In this document: positions 24,043-24,329 of the stretch, piece after piece
Layout of the letters: each line of letters starts with the position of its first letter
How positions within the stretch are numbered: position 1 is the stretch's first letter
Virus record (IMG/VR): IMGVR_UViG_3300027804_000216
Coordinates: 1 to 24,329 of that record
DNA from: a virus
Taxonomy: Duplodnaviria > Caudoviricetes
DNA length: 24,329 bases
Direction: 5' to 3' (one strand)
The notes under the pieces: generated by a model
Database searches by the model: none
What the model was told of the DNA's origin: nothing
What the model saw: the letters and a program-made list of their open reading frames with translations, nothing else
Translations under genes and position numbers: made by a program

Positions 24043-24329
24043 TTAACTAAATACTTGTGAACCTAAAACTAACTGATCGCTGTCGCCTGCTACACCGCCT
24101 GAAACTTCTGCCCATACACTACCGTCATAAAAATATAGTGTGTCATCGGCTTCTACATAAGCGAATTGTCCTTCAGCCAAAAGTTTCTCACCAGCACCAC
24201 CAAACGCTGCGTCACGAGTAGTAGTTGTTGCAAACACAGGGATTCCTGTGCCTGCACTGATGTTCATATTCGCTGCGGTCAAAACCTCTGCTGCTGCGAA
24301 CAACGGAACTTTAGTCTGCGTATTTGCCA
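24043..24329 (-). CDS. Minor tail protein (5' truncated by the window edge)
   Basis: Frame stays open to the edge: (M)ANTQTKVPLFAAAEVLTAANMN...FATTTTRDAA...EGQFAYV...YDGSVW. The A of the ATG would be at 24330. Confidence 0.75.
   Translation of the reverse strand, partial: ANTQTKVPLFAAAEVLTAANMNISAGTGIPVFATTTTRDAAFGGAGEKLLAEGQFAYVEADDTLYFYDGSVWAEVSGGVAGDSDQLVLGSQVFS

Overview
Part of a tailed-phage genome, probably infecting an actinobacterium (it encodes WhiB). Every credible gene is on the minus strand and most are tightly coupled. In transcription order (right to left): minor tail proteins and glycine-rich adhesin cassettes; a PA14/Thr-rich surface protein; a lysis cassette (holin-like proteins, M15-type endolysin); a metallophosphoesterase trio; an early operon of small genes; a C5 DNA methyltransferase with a nested out-of-frame partner ORF; YqaJ and Rad52/Sak recombination genes; WhiB; two PD-(D/E)xK-like proteins; a helicase-loader-like gene; a ~340-nt highly structured non-coding region; a secreted transglycosylase; a second early operon; a Gp88 / ParB-N / TET-JBP dioxygenase / TET-associated glycosyltransferase cluster; HNH; a probable cos region; a minimal PolX-SWIM fusion; TerS, TerL and portal. 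Highlights: (1) a base-hypermodification cluster beside the packaging genes; (2) a candidate structured RNA or RNA-primed origin in a phage with no visible initiator, primase, helicase or replicative polymerase; (3) a duplicated operator-promoter-hairpin-RBS cassette plus a three-way-junction RNA complementary to its conserved leader, suggesting an antisense circuit; (4) a probable two-polypeptide MTase. All family assignments come from motif recognition by eye, with no database searches.
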